From positions 731 to 64,730 of the forward strand of contig DASSPS010000045.1 of NCBI GenBank assembly GCA_035699505.1: a DNA stretch of 64,000 bases. Direction: 5' to 3'. Under the pieces are notes generated by a model. The model was given only the letters and a program-made list of their open reading frames with translations, searched no databases and was not told the DNA's origin. Both the position numbers and the translations under genes were made by a program. This document shows positions 47,790 to 57,599 of the stretch, piece by piece (position 1 is the stretch's first letter; each line of letters begins with the position of its first letter). The stretch is from Sphingomicrobium sp. Lineage in GTDB: Bacteria; Pseudomonadota; Alphaproteobacteria; Sphingomonadales; Sphingomonadaceae.

Positions 47790-48725
47790 CTCGATCCGCT
47801 GCGGCTCGCCGACCCGTTTCAGCAGGATATCGACGTCGGCCGTCTTGCACAGGTCCGCACCCGGTGACTGGACCGCCGCCGCGCCGGCCGCGACAGCCAT
47901 CCGAAATGCGGCGAGGTCGTCGTTTGCTGACGCCAGCCCATAGGCCATTCCGGCCAGGAAGCTGTCGCCCGCGCCGACAGTGCTCCGCACTTGGACATCA
48001 ACGGCGGGCAGGAAGAAGGCGCCATGCCGGCCGGCCAGGATCGACCCACCCTGGCCAAGCGTGACGGCCGCCAGCCTGGTCCTGCCGTTCTCGATGAGCG
48101 AAATTGCCGCGGCGGCGATGGCCTTCCTGTTTTCCAGCTTTTGGCCGACTAGTTCCTCAAGTTCGGCCAGACTTGGCTTGATCAAGAAGACGCCGGCCCT
48201 CAGCGCGCTCTTCAGCTCCGCTCCGGACGTGTCGAGCAAGAAGCGGGCGCCCCGGGCCGCGATGAGGTCGATCACGCGCGGGTAGAAATCGTCCGGAACG
48301 CCACGCGGCAGCGATCCGCTGGCGATGAAATAATCGCAATCCGTGCTCTTCACCCTGGCGAGAACGTCGCGCCATTCGAATTCGCTTATTTCCGGGCCCT
48401 CGGGAACGAACCGATATTCAAGCCCGCTGCCGCGTTCGCGAACATTCAAGCTGATCCGGGTGTCGCCCTTGGCCCAGACGGCCTCGCGCGCGATCCCCCG
48501 CTCCGCGACCATTGCATCAAGCACCCGGCCGGAGGCCCCCCCGGCCAGATAGATCGCCTTGACCGGCGCGGCGAAGCCGCACAACGCCCGGGCGACGTTG
48601 ATGCCGCCGCCACCTGGCTCCATCTGCTCATGATACGTCCGGGTCTTCTGCGTCGGCCTGACCACATCGGCATCGCAGGCGACATCAATAGCCGGATTGA
48701 GCGTTAGCGTGACAATCGGCTTCAT
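47784..48725 (-). CDS. 1-phosphofructokinase-family (PfkB) sugar kinase
   Basis: 313 aa with GGGGINVAR and a C-terminal GAGDSF motif. Its stop codon (47784-47786) overlaps the 3' end of the convergent tRNA-Lys. Confidence 0.85.
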   Translation of the reverse strand: MKPIVTLTLNPAIDVACDADVVRPTQKTRTYHEQMEPGGGGINVARALCGFAAPVKAIYLAGGASGRVLDAMVAERGIAREAVWAKGDTRISLNVRERGSGLEYRFVPEGPEISEFEWRDVLARVKSTDCDYFIASGSLPRGVPDDFYPRVIDLIAARGARFLLDTSGAELKSALRAGVFLIKPSLAELEELVGQKLENRKAIAAAAISLIENGRTRLAAVTLGQGGSILAGRHGAFFLPAVDVQVRSTVGAGDSFLAGMAYGLASANDDLAAFRMAVAAGAAAVQSPGADLCKTADVDILLKRVGEPQRIEW

Positions 48726-48753
48726 CCGCCGACGTCCCCGGCTGTCCCCGCCG

Positions 48754-49749
48754 CTACCAGGGCAACCGCGAGGCGAACATCACGCCCTGGCTGCTGCTAT
48801 GCTCGGGGAGCATCAGCCGCACCTTCTTGTTGGCGAAATCGATCGACACCCGGTCGAATGCCCGCATTGCGTTCATGCCCAGCAACATCGCCGGACCCTT
48901 GTCGAGCTTCAGCTGGCGGAACGTGTGAGCATCGGCGAACACCACCGAAAGATTGGTCAGCGTGGCGCCGCCAATCTCAAGCTTCCTGACGACCATATAT
49001 TCACCGAAAAGTTCATCGCCGGTGACCGAGCGAAGGCGAACTGTGCCGAGCCGCTCCATCGCCCGCCGATCGCCGCGAAGGAGCCGGCTGCGCAGCGCGT
49101 TGTTGCCGATCGTCACCTGCGACCCGGTATCCAGCACGACGGCCACATTATGGTCGTCGACGCGCGCCGAAGTCAGGACCAGCCGGCCGTTGCGCCGGCG
49201 GGCGGTGACCACGATCGCGCCTTTGTCCTCTGGCAACAACTTCTGCACCGAGGGGACGACCGACATGGTGTTGGCCTTGAAATCGAACATGACCCGCTGC
49301 GACCGAAGCGAATCAACGCCGAGAATGCCGTCCGCGCCCATGTGAAATTCGCTGAGCAAGGGCGCGTTGGCGACCCGGATCGACTCGCTTGTCAGGCGCA
49401 GGCTCGGCACCGTCACCGTTTGCACCTCCTGGACTCCGGCGACGCTGTGCAACCTGGCGGCATCGCCGCGCTTCAACTGTAGCTTATCGGCAACCTCGGT
49501 CGACAGAGCGGTGCGGTCAGCGCCGGTATCGACCAGGAAGCGGTAGGGACCCTGTCCGGACAATTGCACCGGCACGGTCATCCGCTCGGCGCCATCGTCC
49601 CTGAACTTCACGTCTTCCGCCTGGGTCGTGCTGTCGATCGCCGCGACATCGCTCACGCTGTCGAAGACGGAGACATTGCCTTGCGCGGCCAGCGGCGTTG
49701 AGGCGGCGGCCAGCGCTGCGGTTCCAAGCACAATTACGGCGTTGCGCAT
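48754..49749 (-). CDS. secreted protease with two tandem retropepsin-like aspartic protease domains
   Basis: Signal peptide MRNAVIVLGTAALAAASTPLAAQG. There are two D-T-G active-site motifs (FLVDTGADRT and VVLDTGSQVT) in repeated domains of about 110 aa. The start is ATG 49749. Confidence 0.8.
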   Translation of the reverse strand: MRNAVIVLGTAALAAASTPLAAQGNVSVFDSVSDVAAIDSTTQAEDVKFRDDGAERMTVPVQLSGQGPYRFLVDTGADRTALSTEVADKLQLKRGDAARLHSVAGVQEVQTVTVPSLRLTSESIRVANAPLLSEFHMGADGILGVDSLRSQRVMFDFKANTMSVVPSVQKLLPEDKGAIVVTARRRNGRLVLTSARVDDHNVAVVLDTGSQVTIGNNALRSRLLRGDRRAMERLGTVRLRSVTGDELFGEYMVVRKLEIGGATLTNLSVVFADAHTFRQLKLDKGPAMLLGMNAMRAFDRVSIDFANKKVRLMLPEHSSSQGVMFASRLPW

Positions 49750-49924
49750 CGATATGCCTCCCGCCCTCAGTGTAGCCCTGCGCGAGGCCGTCCGCAAACG
49801 CTTGCGAACTGGTCCATTCTGGGACCGATCATCAATCAACCGGTAAGTGTGGCCTGATACCACAAGAGTCAGTGGAGATTCGGATCGGTGGTCGATTCCG
49901 GCTCATTGGTTTGTTTGGAAGTCC

Positions 49925-50569
49925 ATGGGCGTGCAGGAACAGCCGGTCAATACTACGCTTTATTCGCTGTCGGACGCCGTTCCTTCGCCAGTCGAGCGCC
50001 GCGATGGCGAACGCCACCTGACCCTGTTTCGGGTCGGCACGATCATCGTCGAGGACCGGCGGGAATTGTGTCTGATCAAGAACGTGTCCGCCGGCGGCAT
50101 GCTGATCCGCGCCTATAGCTCCCTCAAGCCGGGGATGTTCGTGTCGATCGAAATGAAGCAGGGCGAGACGATTCCGGCCAAGGTGAGCTGGACACGGGAC
50201 GAGTGCGCCGGGCTCGAATTTGAGGCCCCGGTCGATGTCGTCGACCTTCTTGCCAGTTCGATGACCGGCCCAAAACCCCGCATGCCGCGAATCGAGATAT
50301 GTTGCGGGATTTCCGTTCGCCAGGACGGCAGCATCTTTCGAATGCGCGCTCGAGACGTCAGCCAGGGTGGCATGAAGGTCGAAAGCGACGGCAAGCTGAA
50401 GCTGGGGGCAGACGTCGTTGTCTCCGTCGCGGGACTGCCGCCCATGCCGGGCATCGTCCGTTGGCGGGAGGATGAATCCTACGGCATTGCTTTCAATCGG
50501 CTGCTGGCGCTTTCCGACCTTGTGGCCTGGCTTCAGGGGCAGCGCGAACAGTTGCGCAAGGCCGGCTGA
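49925..50569 (+). CDS. tandem PilZ domain protein
   Basis: Domain 1 has RRDGER (RxxxR) and NVSAGG ((D/N)xSxxG). Domain 2 has DVSQGG, but RMPR replaces RxxxR. Confidence 0.8.
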   Translation: MGVQEQPVNTTLYSLSDAVPSPVERRDGERHLTLFRVGTIIVEDRRELCLIKNVSAGGMLIRAYSSLKPGMFVSIEMKQGETIPAKVSWTRDECAGLEFEAPVDVVDLLASSMTGPKPRMPRIEICCGISVRQDGSIFRMRARDVSQGGMKVESDGKLKLGADVVVSVAGLPPMPGIVRWREDESYGIAFNRLLALSDLVAWLQGQREQLRKAG

Positions 50570-50578
50570 CTTTTCTGA

Positions 50579-50992
50579 TTATTCGCCGGGCTTGGCTGGG
50601 CCCGGGCTCCACATCCAGCGCTCGATCATCTTGCGCTGTTCCGGGGTGAAATCCCGAACGCTGAAGCCGGGCCGCCGAAAGTCCGACTGATGCTTGGGCC
50701 GCGGCGGCGGAACGTGGCGCAGGACCTGTTCCGGATCAAGGTCACGATTGAACGCAATGCCAGCGTGATTGCCGCCAACCCAAGCCACCTGGCCGCGGAC
50801 GCAAAGATCCTTGCGATGAAAAACAATCTTGCTGCCGGCCGGTGGCAGAAGCGCAGCTTCAACCAAGGCCCCTTTCGCAGAAAGGTTGCGCAGCTTGACC
50901 GGCAACATCTCGCCGGCGACTTCAAGGGTCGCCGTGAGCAAGACGTTCGAGCGGCGGGAGCGCCGATTCTGAGTAATGCTGCTTTCGTCCAT
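50579..50992 (-). CDS. PilZ domain protein
   Basis: RRSRR (RxxxR) and NLSAKG motifs, with a C-terminal basic extension. Confidence 0.8.
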   Translation of the reverse strand: MDESSITQNRRSRRSNVLLTATLEVAGEMLPVKLRNLSAKGALVEAALLPPAGSKIVFHRKDLCVRGQVAWVGGNHAGIAFNRDLDPEQVLRHVPPPRPKHQSDFRRPGFSVRDFTPEQRKMIERWMWSPGPAKPGE

Positions 50993-51033
50993 GACCCCAG
51001 CATAGCTGGCGCTGGTAAAGCCTTCGTTTAATC

Positions 51034-51669
51034 TTACCGCGCTCGGCGAAACAGAAGCATCAGGTTATTGGCGGGCATTCGCCGCGTTTCGATATGCGTC
51101 AGCCCCCGCCTGGCGGCTTCTTCGGAAAAATTTTCGACCCGGCGCAATCCCCATGCCGGATCGACATCCTTCAGTTGCTGATCGAAGGCAAGATTGCTTG
51201 GCGCGGTCTCGATGGCGTCGGTCAACCAGGGACCGTAAAGGATGAATGGCCCGCCATCCGGCAGGATTCGAGCAGCCCCATTGATGAGGCCGAGCGATGC
51301 CGCCCACGGACTGATATGCGCCATGTTGATGCTAATCACGGCGTCGGCCCGGTCGATGGCCCAGGAATTCGCCGCCGCATTGATGACGGCTGGCGGAAGG
51401 ATATTCGGCAGTGCCGATTCCGCGCGCCGCGCCACAACCGACTCCAGTGCGTCCTCGTGGACGTCGCTCGGTTGCCATTCGAGCGCGGGGAAGCGCCGCG
51501 CGAAGTGGACCACATGCTCACCGGTGCCGCTGGCGATTTCCAGGACCAGGCCGGTGTCCGGCAACCATTCGGCCAGCACGTCGGCGATCGGTTCCCGATT
51601 GCGCAGCGCCGCCGGCGCCGATCTTTTCGCACCCCTTGTCGCGCCTTCGTAGAATCTGCGCTGGGTCAC
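51034..51669 (-). CDS. DUF938-family SAM-dependent methyltransferase-like protein
   Basis: ...NREPIADVL...VLEIASGTGEHVVHFA...WQPSD... Confidence 0.75.
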   Translation of the reverse strand: MTQRRFYEGATRGAKRSAPAALRNREPIADVLAEWLPDTGLVLEIASGTGEHVVHFARRFPALEWQPSDVHEDALESVVARRAESALPNILPPAVINAAANSWAIDRADAVISINMAHISPWAASLGLINGAARILPDGGPFILYGPWLTDAIETAPSNLAFDQQLKDVDPAWGLRRVENFSEEAARRGLTHIETRRMPANNLMLLFRRAR

Positions 51670-51681
51670 TCCGGTGAGTCC

Positions 51682-53346
51682 CTATTCGGCCGCCTCGGCC
51701 GGCGCGGGATCGCGATAGACCAGCACCGGCTTTCGAGCCGCCAACGTCTCGTCGAGCCGTCGCCTGGGCGCATGCACCGGCGAGGCCTTGAGCGACGGGT
51801 CGCCAGCGCGGGCTCGCCCGGCGAGCGAGCGCATGGCCGTGATGAACTGGTCGAGGCTGGCCTTGGACTCGGTCTCGGTCGGCTCGATCAGCATGGCGCC
51901 ATGGACGACCAGTGGGAAGTACATGGTCATTGGGTGAAAGCCTTCGTCTATCAGCGCCTTGGCGAGATCGAGCGTGGTAAGACCCTCACCGAATCCGCGG
52001 TCGGAGAAGATCGCCTCGTGCATGCAAGGCCCGCTGTCAGCGAACGGCGCGTCGAGTACGTCCGCAAGCCGGCGGAGCACGTAATTGGCGTTGAGCACGC
52101 TGTCTTCGGCCACTTGGCGCAGCCCGTCCGACCCATGGCTCAGCATGTAGGAGGCGGCGCGGGTGAACATCCCCATCTGGCCATGGAAGGCGACCATGCG
52201 GCCGAAGCTCTGGGCGTGATGGTCCTCGGCCGATTCCTCCTCGACAAGGACGAAGCGCTCGCCCTGTCTCTCGACGAAGGGCAATGGCGCGAACGGCGCC
52301 AGCGCTTTCGACAGCACCACCGGCCCAGAGCCCGGCCCGCCGCCGCCGTGCGGGGTCGAAAAAGTCTTGTGCAAATTGATGTGCATGGCGTCGATGCCAA
52401 GGTCGCCGGGACGGACCTTGCCGACGATGGCGTTGAAATTGGCGCCGTCGCAATAGACGAAGCCGCCGGCCGCGTGGACTTCCTCGGAAATGGCGATCAT
52501 GTCCGGCTCGAACAGGCCGCAGGTGTTGGGGTTGGTGATCATCACCCCGGCGACGTCAGGTCCCAGCCGCGCCTTCAGCGCCTCCAGATCCACGCGCCCG
52601 GCCTCGTTCGCCGGGATGTTCTCCACGCGATAGCCGGCGAACGCGGCCGTCGCCGGGTTGGTGCCGTGCGCGCTCTCCGGCACCAGCACCACTTCGCGCG
52701 GGTCGCCGCGTGCTTCCAAAGCAGCCCGAATGCACAAGATGCCGCACAGCTCGCCATGCGCCCCGGCCTTGGGGCTCATCGCGACGCTGTACATGCCGGT
52801 CAGCTCGATCAGCCAGGTCGCGACCAGGTCGATCAGCTCGAATGCGCCTTGCACGGTATCAGCGGGCTGCAACGGGTGGATGTCGGCGAAGCCCGGCAAC
52901 CGCGCGACCTTCTCGTTGAGGCGCGGATTGTGCTTCATCGTACACGAGCCGAGCGGGAACAGGCCGAGGTCGATGGCGTAATTCTGCCGGCTAAGGCGCG
53001 TGTAGTGGCGCACTGCCTCGGGCTCCGACAGGCCGGCGAGGCCGATCGGACAAAACCGTTCCAGCCCTCCCAGCCTCGATCCTTCCTCCTTGGGGGAGGT
53101 GTCGGCCAAGCCGGCGGAGGGGGATTGTCCCCCACTCCCCCCATCGGCGCTTCGCGCCGCTTGCCCCCGGGGGGGAAGACCAAAGCTGTCAAAATCCACG
53201 CCGGTCTGCTCGGTGGTGCCGATTTCGAACAGCAACGGCTCTTCGAGCATCAGCGCGCGGTTGCCGGTCACGGTTTGCGCCTCGCCCGGCTCGTTGGCGG
53301 GCTTCGCGGGCGTCGTCGGCCGCCAGCCGGAAGGATTGACTGTCAT
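51682..53346 (-). CDS. gcvPB: glycine dehydrogenase (aminomethyl-transferring) subunit 2
   Basis: ...[29 protein letters not shown]...[18 protein letters not shown].... It carries an extra G/S/P-rich segment near the N-terminus. Confidence 0.95.
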   Translation of the reverse strand: MTVNPSGWRPTTPAKPANEPGEAQTVTGNRALMLEEPLLFEIGTTEQTGVDFDSFGLPPRGQAARSADGGSGGQSPSAGLADTSPKEEGSRLGGLERFCPIGLAGLSEPEAVRHYTRLSRQNYAIDLGLFPLGSCTMKHNPRLNEKVARLPGFADIHPLQPADTVQGAFELIDLVATWLIELTGMYSVAMSPKAGAHGELCGILCIRAALEARGDPREVVLVPESAHGTNPATAAFAGYRVENIPANEAGRVDLEALKARLGPDVAGVMITNPNTCGLFEPDMIAISEEVHAAGGFVYCDGANFNAIVGKVRPGDLGIDAMHINLHKTFSTPHGGGGPGSGPVVLSKALAPFAPLPFVERQGERFVLVEEESAEDHHAQSFGRMVAFHGQMGMFTRAASYMLSHGSDGLRQVAEDSVLNANYVLRRLADVLDAPFADSGPCMHEAIFSDRGFGEGLTTLDLAKALIDEGFHPMTMYFPLVVHGAMLIEPTETESKASLDQFITAMRSLAGRARAGDPSLKASPVHAPRRRLDETLAARKPVLVYRDPAPAEAAE

Positions 53347-54704
53347 CGGCAGACCTCCTTCAGGCCCGCTTCCAGCGCGGCGATATCCTCGTCGGTCAGG
53401 GTTTCGGTGACAGCCACCACCAGCCCGTTTTGCAACGACTCGGCGCCCGGGTAGAGGCGGCCCAGCGAGACTCCGCCAAGAATGCCTCTGTCGGCGAGCG
53501 CCCGAACCGCCGGCCGCGCTTCGACCGGCAACCGGAGCGTGAATTCATTGAAGAAGCTCTGGTTGACCAGGACCATGCCCGGGATCGCAGCCAGTCGTCC
53601 GGCCACCTCGCACGCGCGCGCGTGATTCAGTTGAGCCAGCTGCCGAAGCCCCTTCTCGCCAAGCAGGGTCATGTGCGCCGAAAAGGCAAGCGCGCACAGC
53701 ACCGAGCTGGTGCAGATGTTCGACGTCGCTTTTTCGCGGCGGATATGCTGCTCGCGGGTCGACAGGGTCAGGACAAAGCCGCGCTTGCCCTCCGCGTCGA
53801 CAGTCTCGCCGGCCAGCCGCCCCGGCATTTGGCGAACATGCTTCTCGCGACAGGCGAAGAGGCCGACATAAGGCCCGCCGAACTGCAGGCCGACTCCGAT
53901 CGCCTGGCCTTCGCCAACGACGATGTCTGCGCCCATTTCGCCCGGGCTGCGGATCGCCCCAAGCGCCACGGGCTCGGTGACCACGGCGATCAGAAGGGCG
54001 CCAGCGGCATGGGCCGCTTCGGCGATGGGCGCCAGGTCGGTGATCCGGCCGAGGATATCGGGATATTGGACGATGACCGAGCTGGTCTCGGCGTCGATGG
54101 CGGCTATCAGCTGCTCGGCGTCGGTTTCCGCTGTCAGTTCCGGCAGCGCCGACTCGAGCGAGTCGCCGGTGAATTTCGCCATCGTCCTGGCGACGCTGAC
54201 GTAGTGCGGGTGAAGCCCCGACGAGAGGATTGCCTTGCTCCGCCGGGTGATCCGCCGCGCCATTCCGATCGCTTCCCAGCAGGCCGTCGACCCGTCGTAC
54301 ATCGAGGCATTGGCGACGTCGCAGCCGAACAGGCGCGCCACCTGCGTCTGGAACTCGAACATCACCTGCAGCGTGCCCTGAGCGATTTCCGGCTGGTATG
54401 GGGTGTAGGCCGTCAGGAACTCGCCTCGCTGGATGATGTGGTCGACGCTGGCCGGGACATGATGGCGATAGGCGCCGCAGCCAAGGAAGAAGGGCGCTTC
54501 CCCGGCAACGAGATTTTTGCGCGACAATGCCGTCAGCTGCCGCTCTACCGACAGTTCCGATGCGTGGCTCGGCAGGGTAGCGATCGGCTCCTGCAGCCAG
54601 GCCTTCTCCGGCACGTCGCGGAACAAGTCGTCAATCGCGCCAACGCCGATAGCGGCTAGCATTTCGCCGCGGTCGGCATCGGATAACGGCAAATAACGCA
54701 TCAA
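53343..54704 (-). CDS. gcvPA: glycine dehydrogenase (aminomethyl-transferring) subunit 1
   Basis: [20 protein letters not shown]...[13 protein letters not shown]...[11 protein letters not shown]. Confidence 0.95.
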   Translation of the reverse strand: MMRYLPLSDADRGEMLAAIGVGAIDDLFRDVPEKAWLQEPIATLPSHASELSVERQLTALSRKNLVAGEAPFFLGCGAYRHHVPASVDHIIQRGEFLTAYTPYQPEIAQGTLQVMFEFQTQVARLFGCDVANASMYDGSTACWEAIGMARRITRRSKAILSSGLHPHYVSVARTMAKFTGDSLESALPELTAETDAEQLIAAIDAETSSVIVQYPDILGRITDLAPIAEAAHAAGALLIAVVTEPVALGAIRSPGEMGADIVVGEGQAIGVGLQFGGPYVGLFACREKHVRQMPGRLAGETVDAEGKRGFVLTLSTREQHIRREKATSNICTSSVLCALAFSAHMTLLGEKGLRQLAQLNHARACEVAGRLAAIPGMVLVNQSFFNEFTLRLPVEARPAVRALADRGILGGVSLGRLYPGAESLQNGLVVAVTETLTDEDIAALEAGLKEVCR

Positions 54705-55384
54705 GCAGGCTTCCTCATGATGAAGCGAAGACGGACGTAATCGGCGACGTTCGAGCCGACCGCATCGGCGACCGCCTGGCCGATGTCGGCGCGCTCTTCC
54801 TCAGGCACGCCCGCGCGGTCGAGCCATCCTTTGCGAAACGTCGTCACCCAGGCGGCGACGCCGTGCTCCAGCGGGGTCGGCCTTTCGATCAGCCGGGCGT
54901 CCACGTCCCTGAACCCGGCATTCTCGTAGAGGGTGGTGAACTCCTCCACCGTCGGATACCAGTTGGCGGCATAGGTCGGCGGGCCATAGCCGCGCATGAC
55001 CAGCACTTCGTCGAGCGTCTCCCGCAGCCGGGCGAGATTGCCCTCCCCGCCCATCTCGCCGGCAAATCGCCCGCCATTCTTCAGCGCAAACCAGATCGCC
55101 CGCGCCGCCCGCTCCTTGTCGAGCACCCAGTGCAGGGTGGCGTTGGAGAAGGCGGCGTCGAATGCCTCGCCGAACTTCAGCTCGGACGCGTCCATCAGCC
55201 GCGCATCGAGGCCCTTTGCCTTGGCGGCGGCGACCATGCTGAGATTGTTGTCGATACCGACGACGTCAGCGCCAGCGTGCTTGATCTTGAGCGTCAGCGT
55301 GCCGTCGCCGCAGCCGACGTCAAGGATATGCTCGCCCCATTGCGGATCGAGCATGGCCAGCGCCGCCGCGCCAAGCTCGGGCAC
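54701..55384 (-). CDS. class I SAM-dependent methyltransferase (embedded in the gcv operon)
   Basis: [12 protein letters not shown] motif. The first canonical start is GTG 55384, but methyltransferase-like sequence (SDWNAADYARVGGF) continues in frame upstream. Confidence 0.8.
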   Translation of the reverse strand: MPELGAAALAMLDPQWGEHILDVGCGDGTLTLKIKHAGADVVGIDNNLSMVAAAKAKGLDARLMDASELKFGEAFDAAFSNATLHWVLDKERAARAIWFALKNGGRFAGEMGGEGNLARLRETLDEVLVMRGYGPPTYAANWYPTVEEFTTLYENAGFRDVDARLIERPTPLEHGVAAWVTTFRKGWLDRAGVPEEERADIGQAVADAVGSNVADYVRLRFIMRKPA

Positions 55385-55446
55385 GAAGCCGCCGACGCGG
55401 GCGTAATCCGCGGCGTTCCAGTCGCTGGTCGAGGATGGCGGCGGTT

Positions 55447-55818
55447 TCAGAGCTCCTTCACCCAGTCCCGATAGGACGCTTCGTCCATCAGTCCTTCGAG
55501 TTCGCCCGCGTCCGCGAGCTTGAGCTTGAAAAACCAGCCCTCGCCTTCCGGATCGCGGTTGATGAGCGCCGGATCGTCGGCGATCGCGGCATTGCCTTCG
55601 ATCACCTCGCCGCCCACCGGCGCATAAACGTCCGAAGCGGCCTTGACCGACTCGACGACCGCCGCCTCCTGGCCCTTGGCCAGCGATTTGCCGGCTTCCG
55701 GCACTTCGGCGAAGACGATGTCGCCAAGCGCCGCTTGCGCATGGTCGGAAATGCCGACCGTGGCCGTGTCGCCCTCAACTCGGATCCATTCATGCTCGCG
55801 GGTGAAGTAAAGGCTCAT
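55447..55818 (-). CDS. gcvH: glycine cleavage system protein H
   Basis: [28 protein letters not shown]...[13 protein letters not shown] (lipoyl-Lys motif). Confidence 0.96.
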   Translation of the reverse strand: MSLYFTREHEWIRVEGDTATVGISDHAQAALGDIVFAEVPEAGKSLAKGQEAAVVESVKAASDVYAPVGGEVIEGNAAIADDPALINRDPEGEGWFFKLKLADAGELEGLMDEASYRDWVKEL

Positions 55819-55822
55819 GGGG

Positions 55823-56944
55823 TCAGGCTCCCTTGCGGTGATAGCGGTGCGGGACGAAAGGCATGGCGGCGACGTGGCCCACGAACAATTTGCCGCGCTG
55901 CTCGAGCTTGAGCTCGCTACCAATCTCGGCGAGGTGCGGGGCGACATAGCCCATGGCGATCGGCCGCTGCAGGCTGGGCGAGAAGCCGCCGCTGGTGATC
56001 CGGCCGACCTCACTGCCCTCGCCGTCGAGCACCAGCGCCCCTTCGCGAACCGGCTGGCGGCCGTCGACGTCGAAACCGACCCGCTTCAGCGGCGGGCCAT
56101 TCTCGATCTCGGCCAATATGCGCAGGTCGCCAGGGAAGCCGCCCTCGGCCCGGCGGCGCTTCTGGATGGCAAAGGTCAGCCCGGCCATGACCGGAGTTGT
56201 CGTCCGGTCGATGTCGTGGCCGTAAAGCGGAAGCCCAGCCTCAAGCCTGAGCGAATCACGGGCGCCAAGCCCGATCGGCCTGACCGCCTCGTCAGCAAGC
56301 AGGGCGTCGGCCAGTTCAGCGGCAGCATTGGCCGCGACCGAAATCTCGAATCCGTCCTCGCCGGTATAGCCTGACCGGCTGATCCAGACCGGCCGGCCGA
56401 GCGCCTGGAAGGCGCCCCCTTCCATGAAGCTCAGGCCGGAAACGCCGGGCGCGATTCTCTCCAGGACCCCCGCCGCGCGCGGCCCCTGCAACGCCAGCAG
56501 CGCCTGTTCGCGCATATGGTCGACGACCACGTCGCGCGGCAGCCGCTCGCGCATATTGTCAATATCGCCATGCTTGGTGGCGCCGTTGACGACGACGTAG
56601 AAACCCTCGCCTCGCCGGGTCGCCATCAAATCGTCGATGATCGTTCCATCGTCGGCCAGCAGCATCGAATAACGCAGCTTCATATCGGCGAGATTCACGA
56701 AATCGCCGGGCATCAGGGTCTCAAGGGCGCGATCGACAGTGTTGCCGCCAATAGTGAGCTGGCCCATGTGGCTGACGTCGAACAGGCCGGCACTGCTCCG
56801 GGTCCAGAGATGCTCGGCCATGATACCTTCATACTGGACCGGCATTTCATAGCCGGCGAAGGGCACCATGCGGGCGCCTTGGGCGCGATGCCACGAGTCG
56901 AGCGGAAGCTTGCCCAATGATTGCTGACCGGCGTCCATGCTCAT
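55823..56944 (-). CDS. gcvT: glycine cleavage system aminomethyltransferase GcvT
   Basis: ...[16 protein letters not shown]...LFDVSHMGQ.... The start is ATG 56944 or 56938. Confidence 0.95.
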   Translation of the reverse strand: MSMDAGQQSLGKLPLDSWHRAQGARMVPFAGYEMPVQYEGIMAEHLWTRSSAGLFDVSHMGQLTIGGNTVDRALETLMPGDFVNLADMKLRYSMLLADDGTIIDDLMATRRGEGFYVVVNGATKHGDIDNMRERLPRDVVVDHMREQALLALQGPRAAGVLERIAPGVSGLSFMEGGAFQALGRPVWISRSGYTGEDGFEISVAANAAAELADALLADEAVRPIGLGARDSLRLEAGLPLYGHDIDRTTTPVMAGLTFAIQKRRRAEGGFPGDLRILAEIENGPPLKRVGFDVDGRQPVREGALVLDGEGSEVGRITSGGFSPSLQRPIAMGYVAPHLAEIGSELKLEQRGKLFVGHVAAMPFVPHRYHRKGA

Positions 56945-57004
56945 CAATTCTCCAAGCGGCACGATAGCGACAGCGACCCGCGCGAACGCGGCCCCGAGCC
57001 GTCG

Positions 57005-57178
57005 CCTCCGTCTGTCACTTGGGCCTGAGAGCTTTGCCCCTTCGGCGGCCCCACCCCGGATCGAGACCGGAACAGGACACTTTCCAGACTGTCAGGCGCG
57101 CGCGGTCCATGGTGCCTGAGAGATTCCGGAGGCGGTTGCTCCTTCGGCGCCGTGGCAAACCACGGACTCTCCCGCGCG
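57005..57178 (-). promoter_or_regulatory. tandem glycine riboswitch (two aptamers)
   Basis: On the minus strand, aptamer 1 reads CGGGAGAG...CGCCGAAGGAGCAA...CTCTCAGGCA. Aptamer 2 reads CTGGAAAG...GCCGAAGGGGCAA...CTCTCAGGCC. The element ends about 60 nt upstream of gcvT. Confidence 0.9.
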
Positions 57179-57599
57179 GCCTTCCCGGGGCGAGCCCCGG
57201 AGACGGCGCGGAGCCTTGGCCGCCACCGCTAGCTGAGTCAACGCCGACGGCACCCCTGTGGCTAGCGATCGGGTGAAGCGTTACAGGTGAAACGATGCGC
57301 GGAGAGGCATGACGCGCTACCGAATCACGCCGAACATGATGCCGACCTTTCGCCTGACGGCCGATTCGCCGGGCCGCGCACTCGTCCAGAATGGGCGAAT
57401 GTTCGCCATGCTCAACACCCATCGTCAACGACACGGGCATGGCCACCGCCGAAGCCAGGCTTCACTATAATTTTCGGGCGACCGATCACAGCGATCCGCA
57501 ACGGCGAGTTGGATGCCATGGGACGGTAAGTCGCAACCCTGGCGATGGCGACCATCATGCGGCCATTGCCCAGGGCAACAAAAAAGAAGCGCTGAAACC

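Noticed and set aside
51094-53454. 786-aa ORF on the plus strand, the longest in the window
   Set aside because: It is antisense to the DUF938 gene and gcvPB, which have unmistakable homology-type motifs. The ORF itself has low-complexity R/G/A/D-rich composition and no recognisable domain.
57015-57446. 143-aa ORF on the minus strand
   Set aside because: It runs straight through the tandem glycine riboswitch, and its sequence is not protein-like.
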